In this document: positions 14,060 to 25,953 of the stretch, one piece after another
Numbering within the stretch: the stretch's first letter is position 1
Layout: every line of letters begins with the position of its first letter
Origin: Camelus ferus
Lineage: Eukaryota
Length of the DNA: 64,000 nucleotides
NCBI RefSeq assembly: GCF_009834535.1
Contig: NC_045696.1
Location: 89,158,001-89,222,000 of the forward strand
Reading direction: 5' to 3'
Notes under the pieces: model-generated
What the model saw: only the letters and a program-made list of their open reading frames with translations
Told to the model about the DNA's origin: nothing
Databases searched by the model: none
Position numbers and translations under genes: made by a program

Positions 14060-14844
14060 TGTCAGCATTCTAGCAACAATTCTGTAATAACCAACTAGGT
14101 GTCGTACAATTCAATTCTGACACCACCCAGAGTTAGTGTAGGTCCCACTAGTTAAAGGACAAGATCCTCAATTAGACTGCCCTTATTTCAGTAGCCAGTC
14201 ACTAGTGGGGACCCCGGGATATCCACACCTGTCTGGCTTGGCTGCAAATTTGAGGGTTCCTCCCATTCCCCTTTAGGTTTGATAATTCACTAGAATGACT
14301 CACCAAACTCACTGAAACGTTTTCTATTACAATCTTATTATAAAAGATACAGCTCAGAAACAGCCAAATGGCAGAACTGCATAGAGCACAGTCTAGGAGA
14401 AAGGAGAGGCCTGGGGGAGTGGCAAACAGAAGCTTCCAGACCCATCACCCTCCTAGCACACCCATGTGCTCACCAGCTAGAAGCTCCCCATGGCCTTGCT
14501 GTCCTGAATTTTGTACTAGGGCTTTGTTACAGAGGCACAGTTGATTAAATCATCGGCTGTGTCACTGAACTCAATCTCCAGCTTTCTTCCTCTCCCTGGA
14601 GGTCAGGTGGTAGATTTTAACCCTCTAATCATGTGGCTTTTCTGGTGACTAGCCTTCATCTTGAAGCTCTCTAGGCCCCCTCTTTCATACACACACACAC
14701 ACACACATGCACACGCACAAACATACGTGCAAGCGCACTGGTCATTAACATATCAAAGATACTCCTTTTACTCAGGAAATTCCAGGGGTTTAGGAACCCC
14801 TGTACCAGCCCCTCTCCCCAAGACCAGATACATTCTTTATTACA
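14060..14844 (-). mobile_element. MER21-like ERVL LTR (3' LTR of the provirus)
   Basis: Minus strand starts TGTAATAAAGAATGTATCTGGTCTT...CCTAAACCCCTGGAATTTCCTGAGT, typical of MER21, and ends ...GACA. A purine-rich PPT-like tract abuts it at 14845-14862. Confidence 0.75.
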
Positions 14845-17800
14845 TCCTAGGCCACTCCCTGGTCTTTGATTACGGGATCAAAAGGAACATACCTAACTGA
14901 GCGTAACAGATACAGCGACATTTGGAGGAGTCAATGTGGGGTAAGGATAGGAAGCCGTTGAGCTCAATTTCCCAATACACCTGATTGTCAGTATCGGCAT
15001 TTTCTTTCCAATTATGCCAGTATTATAGCACAGCACGTTATGGTAGCTGTAACCTGAGAAATAAGAGTCAAAGATACTGACACATTGCCTGGGGTCCCAT
15101 CCAGTCTCTGATAACCAACCCAGTCCATCATCATACCTTATGACCGTCTTGTCCGATTCAAAAGCAGGAGTGGTCTCAGCAATGTATAACTTCACTCTTT
15201 CAGGCATTTGGTACAATTGAGCTAAGGGACAATATCATTTCTTGCTCCGAGCTTCCTTCCAAGCATTAATATTGGAACTCTCTCATTGTATAACTCAATT
15301 ATTTGTTCATTTACCGTTCACTGCTATTTCTCCTCTCTGTTTGTTCCCAAACCCTTTCACCTGGAAGGGCCATTAGGTTCGGCCACTGGGTTGGTCTAGG
15401 TGACAGGCAGCAGTGTGAGTCCAGCAAGTGCCTCCCTCTCAGTCCACTCCCATTCTATAGGATGGGGTCACATAGGTACAGGGTTAGTGGGCTCTTCTAC
15501 CAACAGGCAATATAACTGTATTCACTGTTGGCCCCAATATTACCAGATGGAGTGAAAGCACCACCCATCCCACCAGGCCCTAAGGAATTCTGATACAAAG
15601 ATTTTAAAACCGTTTGTTTTTCAAGAATCATCCCTGCTTCCAGCAATGTATTTGCAGCCATGGTCCAGGGACCACTGCATCAAGTAGAAAAAGGAAAATA
15701 AAGGTGATATGGGAAAGAAAGAAAAAAATATAGTCACACCAGCATCCTCACCTCCCCCAAGTCCCCACATTCAGAACAGCAGAGGAATTTATGGAGTGAG
15801 AACACTCCCTGAGCCCCGCTCATGTTAAGGGTGAGCACACACTTGTGGAGGCAGGTAAGCCAGCCCTTCCTACCTAGATCGCCGCCCTCCATTTTAGACA
15901 GCCCAGGTTTTGATTCCCTTTCTAATTCTTTACCAAACTGTTACTCTGAGGAAGAGATCTCTCTGCCCATGTTGGACATGATGGCCTATATTTATAAATA
16001 GTGTTCCTTGGTCTGAAGAAATGGGATGCAAATCGGTGGTCCAAATCAGTGCAGTATCTTCTGGCCCGGTTCTTTTGCAGTACTCTGAGCTCTGCATCTA
16101 CCACTCGGTAGGCAAAGCCCAGTCCAGAGTCAGTGTCTGTTCCTGTGAGGCCCACTACTAACTTCCTGGGCTGCCGGCATCAGCCTGACTTGCCAGCTTT
16201 ATGCAAGGATCTCCCCTCAGGGACTCTACCCAGAGACATCAGCAGTCTCTGTGTCTCTTGTTGGCCGGCAGAACAATTCTTGTTGGTGTTTTGTGTCTCA
16301 GAGGATACAAGAGAAATAAGTCCAGATTCAGCCCATTTCTGGAGTGCTTCAGCCCCGCAGTGTGCACTTGTTTCACAGACCCAGATGGCTGCCTTCAGTG
16401 AGCACACTAGGGTATCTGCTTGTCGATTCTAATTGCCTTCTGATGCAGGAAGGGGCTTCTTCTGGAGGCCTACTTGAATGCACCCCTCAAATTCCCAGAG
16501 TGATTTCCATAGGGCCATGCATCATAAGGGCATCTTCCATTGCCCTCTGCCTGACCACATGGCCAGATCATTGGCCACTGCCTATGAGTAGGTAAAAGTC
16601 CAGAGGGGTAAGCAGCCTGCAGTGTAGCTCACCAAGCTGACTTGTTTTCACCTTTTTCCATCAGAGTGGTGACCTTCCAAACAGAATGTTGCCTGTTCAT
16701 GTTGAAACTGCCATCCATAAACCAAACAGCTATTTATCGGTCAGTTGAGAGCTGTTTTTTGGGCACCGTCCAAGTGATGCTAGAATCCAGCAGCTCCTCA
16801 CCTGATTCCAAAGTCAGTCCTGGGGGAAAAGAGTCTGCCTACTGATGAATACACTGCATTCCCCCAGTAGCATATTCCTGTGCAAACCATGTCTATTTTA
16901 CTGCAGAATTCTAGGCACTGCCTTCCTCATTAGAGCATTTGTCTGACATCACCAGACACCATGGGTATTTTAGGTTTCAAGGTTATTACTTTTTAATTTT
17001 TTAATTGAAGTATAGTTGATTTACAATGTTGTATTAGTTTCTGGTGTACAACATCATGATTCATAATATATATATATATATACATACATACTTTTTCATG
17101 TTCTCCTTCATTATAGGTTATTACAAGATTCAACATTATTTTATCTTTCAGTCACAGGGGCATTTCCAGTTAACATCTCGTAGCAAGCTAGTAATTGCCC
17201 CTCAAATGGAAATTCTCTAGTCCAAAATTCCATTAGTCATCCTTGGAGGTGCTTACAGGCTTTTGCCGTAAGCTATAGTCTACACTCCACACACAGAGGA
17301 TTTGTCCATACAAGCACCCCACCTTCTATTCTGCAATGTGTGGGCTTGGGCAGTCTTACTCATTCCCTCTTAATCATGTCTGGTGAATGTGACTTGAAGG
17401 AAGGATTATGTGCCTTCTGTTTCACAATTCTAGGTAGGGGAAATATTCCCCAGCCGGAGACAATATCCATCCATACATTCAGGTAAAAAAGTCATAACCA
17501 CTTCACATAAACTTTGTTCAAATATACCAGTTTTTGTCCATCCCCTTAATCCCATCCACTACTGAGTTTCTATATCTTCTCAATCTATCTGTGTCTCCCA
17601 TTAGAGCTTTACCAACAGATTTTGGTACCACAATGCGTAGGGCTACCAGGTCAGAGTGTCCCGGAAACTTCCCCACCTTCTAACCATTTTACTCACTGTT
17701 GTGCATTAAGCTTTTGGTCCCCAGTGGAGGGTTGAGCCAAGGGACTGAGACCCTTTTATCAATCTTTATCGTGATTAATCTCCCTATTACTTCAGGTATT

Positions 17801-18850
17801 TTCTGGATGAGTTCCTTATTGTAATCTTTGCCTTCCAGTTTTAAAAATTCTTCCAAATTGGGACAGATAAAGCAGAATTTGAGGGGGACCTTTAATGCTG
17901 GAGGTCCTCCCAAATTTCAAGAGTGCTGTATTAAGACTTTTGTTTCAATTCCATCAATGTCCACTTTATTCATCCCATTTCTTAACAACCATCAGAAGGT
18001 TTCCACCCCACTGGAGTGAGTCCCTTGATTCTCCCACCTGTCTCTCCCACTTTCTTGTTACTGTAATGTTTTTGGTATTTGTAAGACCCAGATGAGGAAG
18101 CTGAAGGAGCAAATCAGACAAGGCTTCTCAGACTGCTGTTCAGTTTTGCAGCAGTAAGATTACATGGGGTGCGCATGGAAAATGGGTGCCCTTAGACATT
18201 GCATTTGCCGTGACGTGGGTAACAGGCATATTCAGTGGATGAAGAGCCCTGTCGTCATAAAGCCAGTTCCACAGTTTGTATATAAAGCCCATCAGCCACT
18301 CTACCTGGGGTGCTCCAATCGGCATCTGTATAGGAAGCTGAAGTCCTCCTCCTCAGTGTAAACACACTTTATAGGAACTTTTATTTAGATCACTAGGCTG
18401 GCTGTTCCCCTGGGAATAACCTGCTGTGAGTCAGAATCATGTATCGCCATCTCTGACTGTTCCATACTGAGTCACGGGTCCTGTATCCCCCCAAATGTGC
18501 TCTCTCACTCTGCAGTGTTCAAAACCAAAGATACTGCCCCTAAATTGGCCACTCTCACAATCCATGTTAGTAAGGCTTCTACAGGGAGCTGATGACAAGT
18601 ATCCACAAAATGAGGACTCCTACACAGTATACCTTCCGATTTCAATGGGCTTACCCCGCCTCCCCACCCCAAAGGTGACCAAAGGTCTTGCAGGTGCTTT
18701 CTATTGTCCCAGCATAATTGTCCCCTTTGGGGGCAGGTCTGAGGCTAGCGGCAGCCCTGAGCTCAGTTCTGGATGAAGATCCAGCCCAGCAGTCTCTTCG
18801 ACTCATTTTAGCAGGTACAGATCACAATAGCCAAGGGATTATATGTTTAG
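14845..18850 (-). mobile_element. Decayed ERVL-class internal region (gag, RNase H and integrase remnants); 5' LTR absent
   Basis: RNase H-like AVWFMDGS (~16705-16730) and S*AVANDLAMWSG (~16550-16590). Integrase Zn-finger-like WVCETSAHCG...CSAGQQ (16180-16407). Integrase core LTGTDTDSGLGFAY (~16110-16150). Gag-like text at 18140-18850. Confidence 0.85.
16990..17130 (-). mobile_element. Short L1 3' end nested in the ERV
   Basis: ttaattgaagtatagttgatttacaatgttgtattagtttctggtgtacaac, nearly the same as the L1 end at 4645. Confidence 0.85.
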
Positions 18851-19979
18851 TATATTTCCTAATATTTTGCCCTTCCTTAGGTATCCACATGCCTGCAGTA
18901 AATGCTGGAATGTACTCTCATAGAGATTAAGTAATATTTATAATGTGCTAGGGGATTAAATTAGAATTTTTATATACTCATAATAGTAGAATCTACTGCC
19001 AATTTTCCAGTGTTCTCTCTCCCTTGCCTTTCAATATCTACCATTAGCATAGTATTAATTTCTCTTCATTTTCTGGGTTGTTAAGGTAGATGAAAATATG
19101 CACAACAAAATGGAATTTTTCCTCCACCTGCTGCCTGTTCTAAATAGCTATCTGTGTCACAAGTGTAATCCAAAAATGATTACATTAATGGATTCCAGAC
19201 TATAATGAATTTGTCCTTGACTTAAAAGAAAATACTAGCTAGTATTTACAATAAAACTAAAGCTTTTATCTTCTAAGTCTAGTAACATTATTTAGTCAAA
19301 ATTGTTAGAGAAACAGAATTTTAAAATTATAATTTAAAGTTAACAAAATTCCTTTTTTGTGGCACTTGCCTCCCCAGAATAAAATCTTTTTTTTCCTCAT
19401 TCTTGATGACTACCTACATTTCAAATGGCAAAATTCACTTATCAATCACATCACTCTTGAGCACCTCCTGTGGCCCAGGGACTGTTCTAGGTGACAGAGG
19501 CATTGTAGTGAGCAAAATGGAGAAATATTCCTGCCCTCTCATGAAACTGACATTTTAATGGGAAGGAGACAGACCATAAACAAATAAGCAAAAAAAAAAA
19601 AAAAATCATATTTAAGATACAAATGAGAAGCGACAAAGCACAAAGGAAGATGATGGGTGGATGTGAATTTAAATAGTGTGTATGAAAATGGTGTCCCTGA
19701 GAAAGTGCAATTTGAGCAAACACTCCAAGGAAGTGATGCTCAATTTCGATTTCCCCTAAATAACATACAGGAAAATCACCAAATAAAATTCCTATTAAAA
19801 GAGCTATGTGACCCCTCTTTAACCCAGTTTAAAATCTGCTAATCGACAAAAGTAATTCTGCTTGTTTTGACATTAATATTCATCATCGTACAGAACATGG
19901 CTTACCTGTGAATGGAATTTATTTACATAATCATAATAATGTAAACACTGAATATTTATCTAACTGAATTGTAACTATT

Positions 19980-20310
19980 CAGGTCCACAATCCCGTATCT
20001 GAAACCCTTGGGCCAAATGTTTCTGAATTCAAATTTGTTTAAGAAATACAGTGGATATGCAAAAAAAATGTTGGTAATATACAGCTCATAGATCATTTAT
20101 TACAGAACAACCCCAGAAGGGTCTCAGTTGTCACTCCCTAATCAAACATATTACCATTTCTGCAGTGCAACACATGAACATTTACATTAAGCATTGTGAA
20201 TAAAGATTAGAAGTAGCTTCTTATCAGGTTTTGCTGCCAAATGGGTTCAGGTTGCATCAATTATGAAAAAATTTTTGGATTTAGAATTGTGGAATGAGGT
20301 TGTAGATTTG
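19980..20310. mobile_element. MER46C-like TcMar-Tigger MITE
   Basis: Starts caggtccacaatcccgtatctgaaacccttggg and ends in a degenerate inverted terminus (ttgtggaatgaggttgtagatttg). Confidence 0.6.
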
Positions 20311-20639
20311 TTTTGAAGGACTTAGGGTACATATGTTGGGTGGGGATGAATGGAAGGGTGAAAAAGAACTACATCTTCATTTTTCATAGCAGAAAGGCAA
20401 TAGGTAATGCCAGCCCCCCCCCCAAAATCAGGAAATAATAAACATTTTATTTAGTGATGTGGCAGTAAATACTTAAAAAGACAGCTAAAGGAGCTGAAAA
20501 TGGTTGCTTTGGGGGAGAGGGAGATTGAGAAGGAGTCCATTCTCACTGTTTTTCACAAGCCTCATAGAACTATGCGCTTACTTAAATATGTGCATGTATC
20601 GTCCCGATAAAAACAAAATGGCTCTTAAATAGTGAGGGA

Positions 20640-21530
20640 GTGGGAGTGCAAGCCACATATCTAACAAAGGACTTGCACTCGAATATAAAAAGAATTGTCC
20701 AATATGAACAGTAAAAAACAAACAACCCAATTAGAAAATGGGCAAGAGACATGAACAGTTTATCAAAGAGCATATGCAGATGGCAAATTATGCACATGAA
20801 ATGATGCTCAACATCTGAGCCATTAAAGAAATGTGAATTACAGCTACAACAATTAGAATGGCTAAAATAAAAACTGGTGATAACACCAAATGCTGGCAAG
20901 GATGCAGAGAAACTGGATCACTCTTATGTTGCCCATTGGAATATAAAATGGGACAGCTACTAACGAAAGAAGTACAGCAGTTTCTCGCAAAATTAACATG
21001 CATGTACCATACGACCTGGCAATTGCACCTTGGGCATTTATCCTGGAGAAGTGAAAACTTACATTCATGCGAAAAGCTGCACACAAATGTTCAGTAGCTC
21101 GATTTGTAATAGCCAAGAACTGAAAACAACCCAAAATGTGCTTCAGTGGGTGAACGGTTTAGCAAACTGTGGTACATCCATATCATGGTAAACTACTCAG
21201 TTGTTAAAAGAAAACCATTGCTCTACACAACTTGGATAGATCTCTGCGAGTTATGCTGAGTGGAAAAAAAACCTCAAAAGATTACTCACTGAATGATTCC
21301 ATTTAAATAACATTCTTGAAATAATAAAATTCAGAGATGGAGAACAGATTAGTGAATCCCAGGGGTTAAGGATTCATGAGAAGGAGAGGGTGGGTGTGGC
21401 TGTAAGGCTTTAAGGGGTCAGCAGAAAGCTCTGTGGTGATGGAACAGCATCTTGATTGTGGCGGTGGTTACATGAAGCCCCACACGTGTGATAAATTGCA
21501 TAGAAACAAAAACCATAGGTACAAACCAGT
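20640..21530 (+). mobile_element. Old L1M 3' fragment
   Basis: aacaacccaattagaaaatgggcaagagacatgaacag...gataacaccaaatgctggcaaggatg, L1 ORF2 3'-end text. Confidence 0.85.
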
Positions 21531-22170
21531 ACTACATATATATATTTACTGTGAATATATCTATGTGTAGTAAGAATACACAGAGAATATTCTGGAAGGA
21601 TATTGGAGGAGTGAGCAGGGGCTGAGTGAACAGAGGTGTGAGAGACTTTGGGAGTTTGCTGTAATGTCCTTTTTTAAAAAGGAAGATGCATTTGCTTTTA
21701 CCTGAGTAATTGAAAATTTAAGCAACAAAAGTAAATTTAAGCAAAAAAAGACTGGAAGATTCTACACATTTGTTGGAGTATCTCAGAGTTCGGTACATTT
21801 GTTGGAGTATCTCAGTGTAATGGCATAAAAGATGGATTTTTAAACTGAATTTTTTTTCCCATGTGTCTGTGTTTATATTGTAATATGATTTTAGTACTAA
21901 CTAGTTCTTTTCACTTAATGACATTATGTCATAAACATATTTCCATATTAATAGATGTTTTATTACATCATTTTAAAGTTTGCAGAATATCCCTTTGTAT
22001 GAATGAAGCAGTGTTTATTTAATCAGTGTCCCACGATTGGATAATTAGGTAATCTTTAGTACTTCAACAGGTATCTCTGTAATCCTACCTTTGCACAGGA
22101 CCTTGATTATTTTCATGGGCTAGATTCCCAGTGGAAGAACTGCTACATCAAAGTTATGTGCATTTTAGGG

Positions 22171-22174
<4 letters not shown>

Positions 22175-22219
<45 letters not shown>
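22175..22219. repeat. (TG)n microsatellite
   Basis: About 22 perfect TG units. Confidence 0.98.
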
Positions 22220-22222
<3 letters not shown>

Positions 22223-22579
22223 CTTCTCAAAGGTCTGCTTCGGACACATTCTGGAATTCAGGGATTCCTCAAAACTCAATGCAGAAAAATTTTTTTCACT
22301 GGCCTCAAAGTCAAACTTGACCCTTCCCCTCTTTCAAATCTACTCACAATAGGAGCACCAACCACCTTACACACAGTCCTGACTGGGAGCCAGGCTCTAA
22401 GAGCTTTACCCTCTGATGTACTACTGTTAACTTCCTTTTCAGAAGTAGAAATTGAGGCACAGAGAAGTTAAGCAATTCAACTGGAATCACAGACTTAGTA
22501 AGCATTGGATCTGGGGCCAGAAGCCTCGAAAACCTGGTCCTAGACTTGACACCACCCACTGCTTCTTGCGAAGTGCTTA

Positions 22580-23180
22580 TTTTTTTCGATTGAAATATAA
22601 TTGACATATAACATTGTATTAGTTTTAGGTGTACAATGTAATGATTTGATATAGGTATATATAGTGAAATGATCGCCACAATAAGTCGAGGTTACAACCA
22701 TCATCACAGATAGCAACTTTCAAATACATAGCCCAGTATTATTAACTATAGTCTCCATGCTGTACCTTAGATCCCCAGGACTTATGTAATTTATAACTGG
22801 AAGTTTGTATCCTTTGACCACCTTCACTCATTCCACCACCACCAGCCCCCATCCCCAGCCTCTGGCAACTACCAATCTGTTCTCTGTATTGGAGTTTGAC
22901 GTCTTTAGATTCCACATATAAGTGAGACATGTATGTCTGACCTATTTCACTTAGCATAATGCCCTCAAGGTCCATCCATGTAATCACAAATAGGAAGATT
23001 TCCTTCTTTTTATGGCTGAATAACATTCCACTGTACCTATATACCACAATTGTTTTATCCATTCATCTGTTGATGGACACTTAGGTTGTTTCCACGTCTT
23101 GGCTGTTGTAAATAATGCTGCAGTGAACATGGTGGGAGGGGCAGATATCATTTTGAGAGAGTGATTTTATTTCCTTTGGA
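22580..23180 (-). mobile_element. L1MA9-like 3' fragment
   Basis: Minus-strand ORF contains ITWMDLEGIMLSEIGQ; typical L1MA 3'UTR. Confidence 0.85.
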
Positions 23181-24489
23181 AAAAGGCATCAGGAGTTAAG
23201 AGTCCCTGTACTACATTATTTAGACCTCTTGAAAAATTATTGTGAGCTACAATGTTATGCCATTGGCCTATACTGAAGATCTCCTTTTGAAAAGCCCTAC
23301 GGAACGTATTTAGTAAAGATGGTTGAATATGTTATTCTTGACATTATAGCATCTTCCTTATGAAAACTCACAGGAGAAGCTTCTCCTAGATCTCAGTACA
23401 AGGAAGATTTGTGACTCTCTCAAGCGGCTGCTCTGATTTTGACTTACAAACACTAAATCCTTTAACTCATCTGCTTTTTGTTTGTATTTCCTACTACAAA
23501 GCTCAGAAGCAAGGTATGGCCTTATTTTTCCAACTTTGTTTTTCCCCTTCGCCTTGGTTTCTTCGTTTACTTTTTTGGGGTCCTGTTTGGTGTGACCTTC
23601 TTATAAATTACCTCAAATCTCTTTTGGTGTAAATTACAGAAGGCTGGCTGGCTGGCTGGGATAATTGATGTATTTGTAGGTTTTGTTTTTTTTTTTAACC
23701 TTTAAGTTCTATCTTCTGGAGTCCTGTAAAACAAGATTAATTCCATTTCTACAAGTTGGCCTTCAATATTTAATGACAGTTATTTTCCCTTGGCTATCTC
23801 TTCTTCAGACTAAAAGTTAGAAAATAAAAGCCTTTATATCAGACTCAGTTCCATCATACCTGGGGTGGGTTTCAGTGTCCACTGGGCCAGTGCCTTTGCC
23901 CACATTGCTAGACTTGCCTCCTCTACCTGCCTCACCTTTTATTCCCCCAGCAACCTGGGCCCTCCTCTACTGCTGCAACCCTGATGTCCACTCTCCAGGA
24001 CCCACTTCCAAGGCCACTGCTTCAACCTGTCCTCACCCACTGCTTCTCCATCTATGAAGTCTTGAGGTCCAGGATCCCAATCTCCTCCTACTCCAATGGC
24101 CCATCTCCCTAGCACTTCTTACCTTTCTCCCACTACACCTGCTCCTTGACATCAAGATATCCACACTCTCAGCCCTTCCCATTTTATTTTGTCTGCCATT
24201 CTTCATCCTCCTTTGCTGCCCAAATCCCATTTCTGTTTTCCTACTCAAACTTTCACCCACAGTGTGTCATCTCACCAAAACCAGACATTAAGACCAGCTG
24301 ACAGTTTGGGGATTTTTAAGTAAAGGTCATTTCTGTTTTTCATCAAAAATATTTCTATTCTTAATTCAAATCATTAATGTTCATGATTAACTGGAAAAGT
24401 TTTTGGATTTCTACAAGTTTATCTGAATTTCTTACCAAGAACCCAGCATCAACCAATGTATGTGTGCTGGCACTTGAAATACATGTTTA

Positions 24490-24670
24490 TGTCCCAGGCA
24501 CAGTGTGAAGTGTTTCTGTACATTACCTTACGATGCAGTACAGCCATCTCTTCCCACTTGACAGATGAGAAAACAGGCTTAGAGAAGTTCAGTAACTCGC
24601 TGTGGTCACATAACTAGTAAATCTAGAGCCCAGAGAGTCACCCAGGCAGTCCAACTCTAAACCACCATGT
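24490..24670 (-). mobile_element. MIR
   Basis: MIR core: acagatgagaaaacaggcttagagaagttcagtaactcgc...ggtcaca. Confidence 0.75.
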
Positions 24671-25095
24671 TATTCTGTATCTATTGTGAGGTCTTAACAA
24701 TCACATTCCACCACAAGCGTATAAACAGAATCTTCATGTAGGAAGCTATTTTTGTCCTTGCTTTGATATTAGCAGGCACTGGGTGTTCAGTTGTAACATA
24801 AGGCCTCTATGATTCTCATTTGATGCTGAGCATGCAAAAATCTCTTTTTTTTAAATACTGGAAAAGATTTACCAGCTGTTTTAAAGCAATGTTTTCCCAT
24901 TTTTAAAGTTAATAAAGCCAGACCAAAGAGGAGGCACACTTGGCGCTGAAGGAACCAGCTGAATGAAATGGGAAAAAATGGCATCTGAGTTGGTTTTGTT
25001 GACCATTTCAGATTTTATCCATGAACCATTTCTGCATTCCCACAAATAACTGTTGAGTCACTAAGATTTCCCGCCCAGTTTCTCTTGTATTTTTA

Positions 25096-25244
25096 AAAAA
25101 TTTATTTATTTATTTATTTTAATTTTTAGGGGGAGGTAATCAGGGTTTACTTATTTATTTATTTTTAGAGGAGGTACTGGGGATTGAACCCAGGAACTTG
25201 TGTATGCTAAACATGTGCTCTACCACGCAAGCTATATCCTCCCC
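25096..25244 (-). mobile_element. Camelid tRNA-derived SINE (Vic-1-like)
   Basis: Reverse complement of the same consensus, with a TSD-like ttctc(t/c)tgtattttta on both sides. Confidence 0.85.
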
Positions 25245-25419
25245 TTCTCCTGTATTTTTAATAATACTTCCTTTCAACAGCAAATAACAAAACAATAGCT
25301 ACCTTATTCGCTTGTGATTAAAAAAGTGATGCTATATGATGCCATGAGGCTACATGATGCCATGAGGCTACAGCTACAGCTCTAACTATGCGATATTCTG
25401 TGGAGTTAAGTTAATAGCA

Positions 25420-25680
25420 TGCTGAGAAGTTTAACGGTTGAGAGTCCCAGCTCTGGAGTCAGACGGGCTGGATCTGCCCCCTGGATCATCCACGTATCAA
25501 TCACGTGACTTGGGACACACCACTTGACCTCTCTGGGCTACACTTTCCTCTTCTGTAAAATGGGACTAATAATCCTTAGCTCCTCCTGTTATGAATTTTA
25601 AATGTGATAATACATGTAAAATGCCTAGCACAGTGCTTGGCGTAAGCATTCAGTGAATTACAGTTATTACTGTGATAATC
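25420..25680 (+). mobile_element. MIR
   Basis: ctctggagtcagac...tttcctcttctgtaaaatggg...cctagcacagtgcttggc. Confidence 0.8.
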
Positions 25681-25953
25681 ATCAGATAGCAAATGAAAAG
25701 TGTCACCCTCCCCCCTAGGCAACTGCTGAGATTCTATCAAAAGTGGTGCACATGCTTCTATTTTATTCTTTGCAAAACAGGCTAAAATGTAAATTGTTAC
25801 CAAACTTTAAATCAGAGCATGCTAGAAATAATGATATTTAACTTATCAAAGTGAACTACCAGAATGCAAACATAGTACTATAAACTTCAGGACTTAACTT
25901 AAGAAATGATTAATTATAGACAGATTACAGATGTTTATTAAAATAAAATTAAG

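Noticed and set aside
25330..25380. 18-bp tandem duplication (gcta(t/c)atgatgccatgag x2)
   Set aside because: Ordinary slippage duplication with no further structure.
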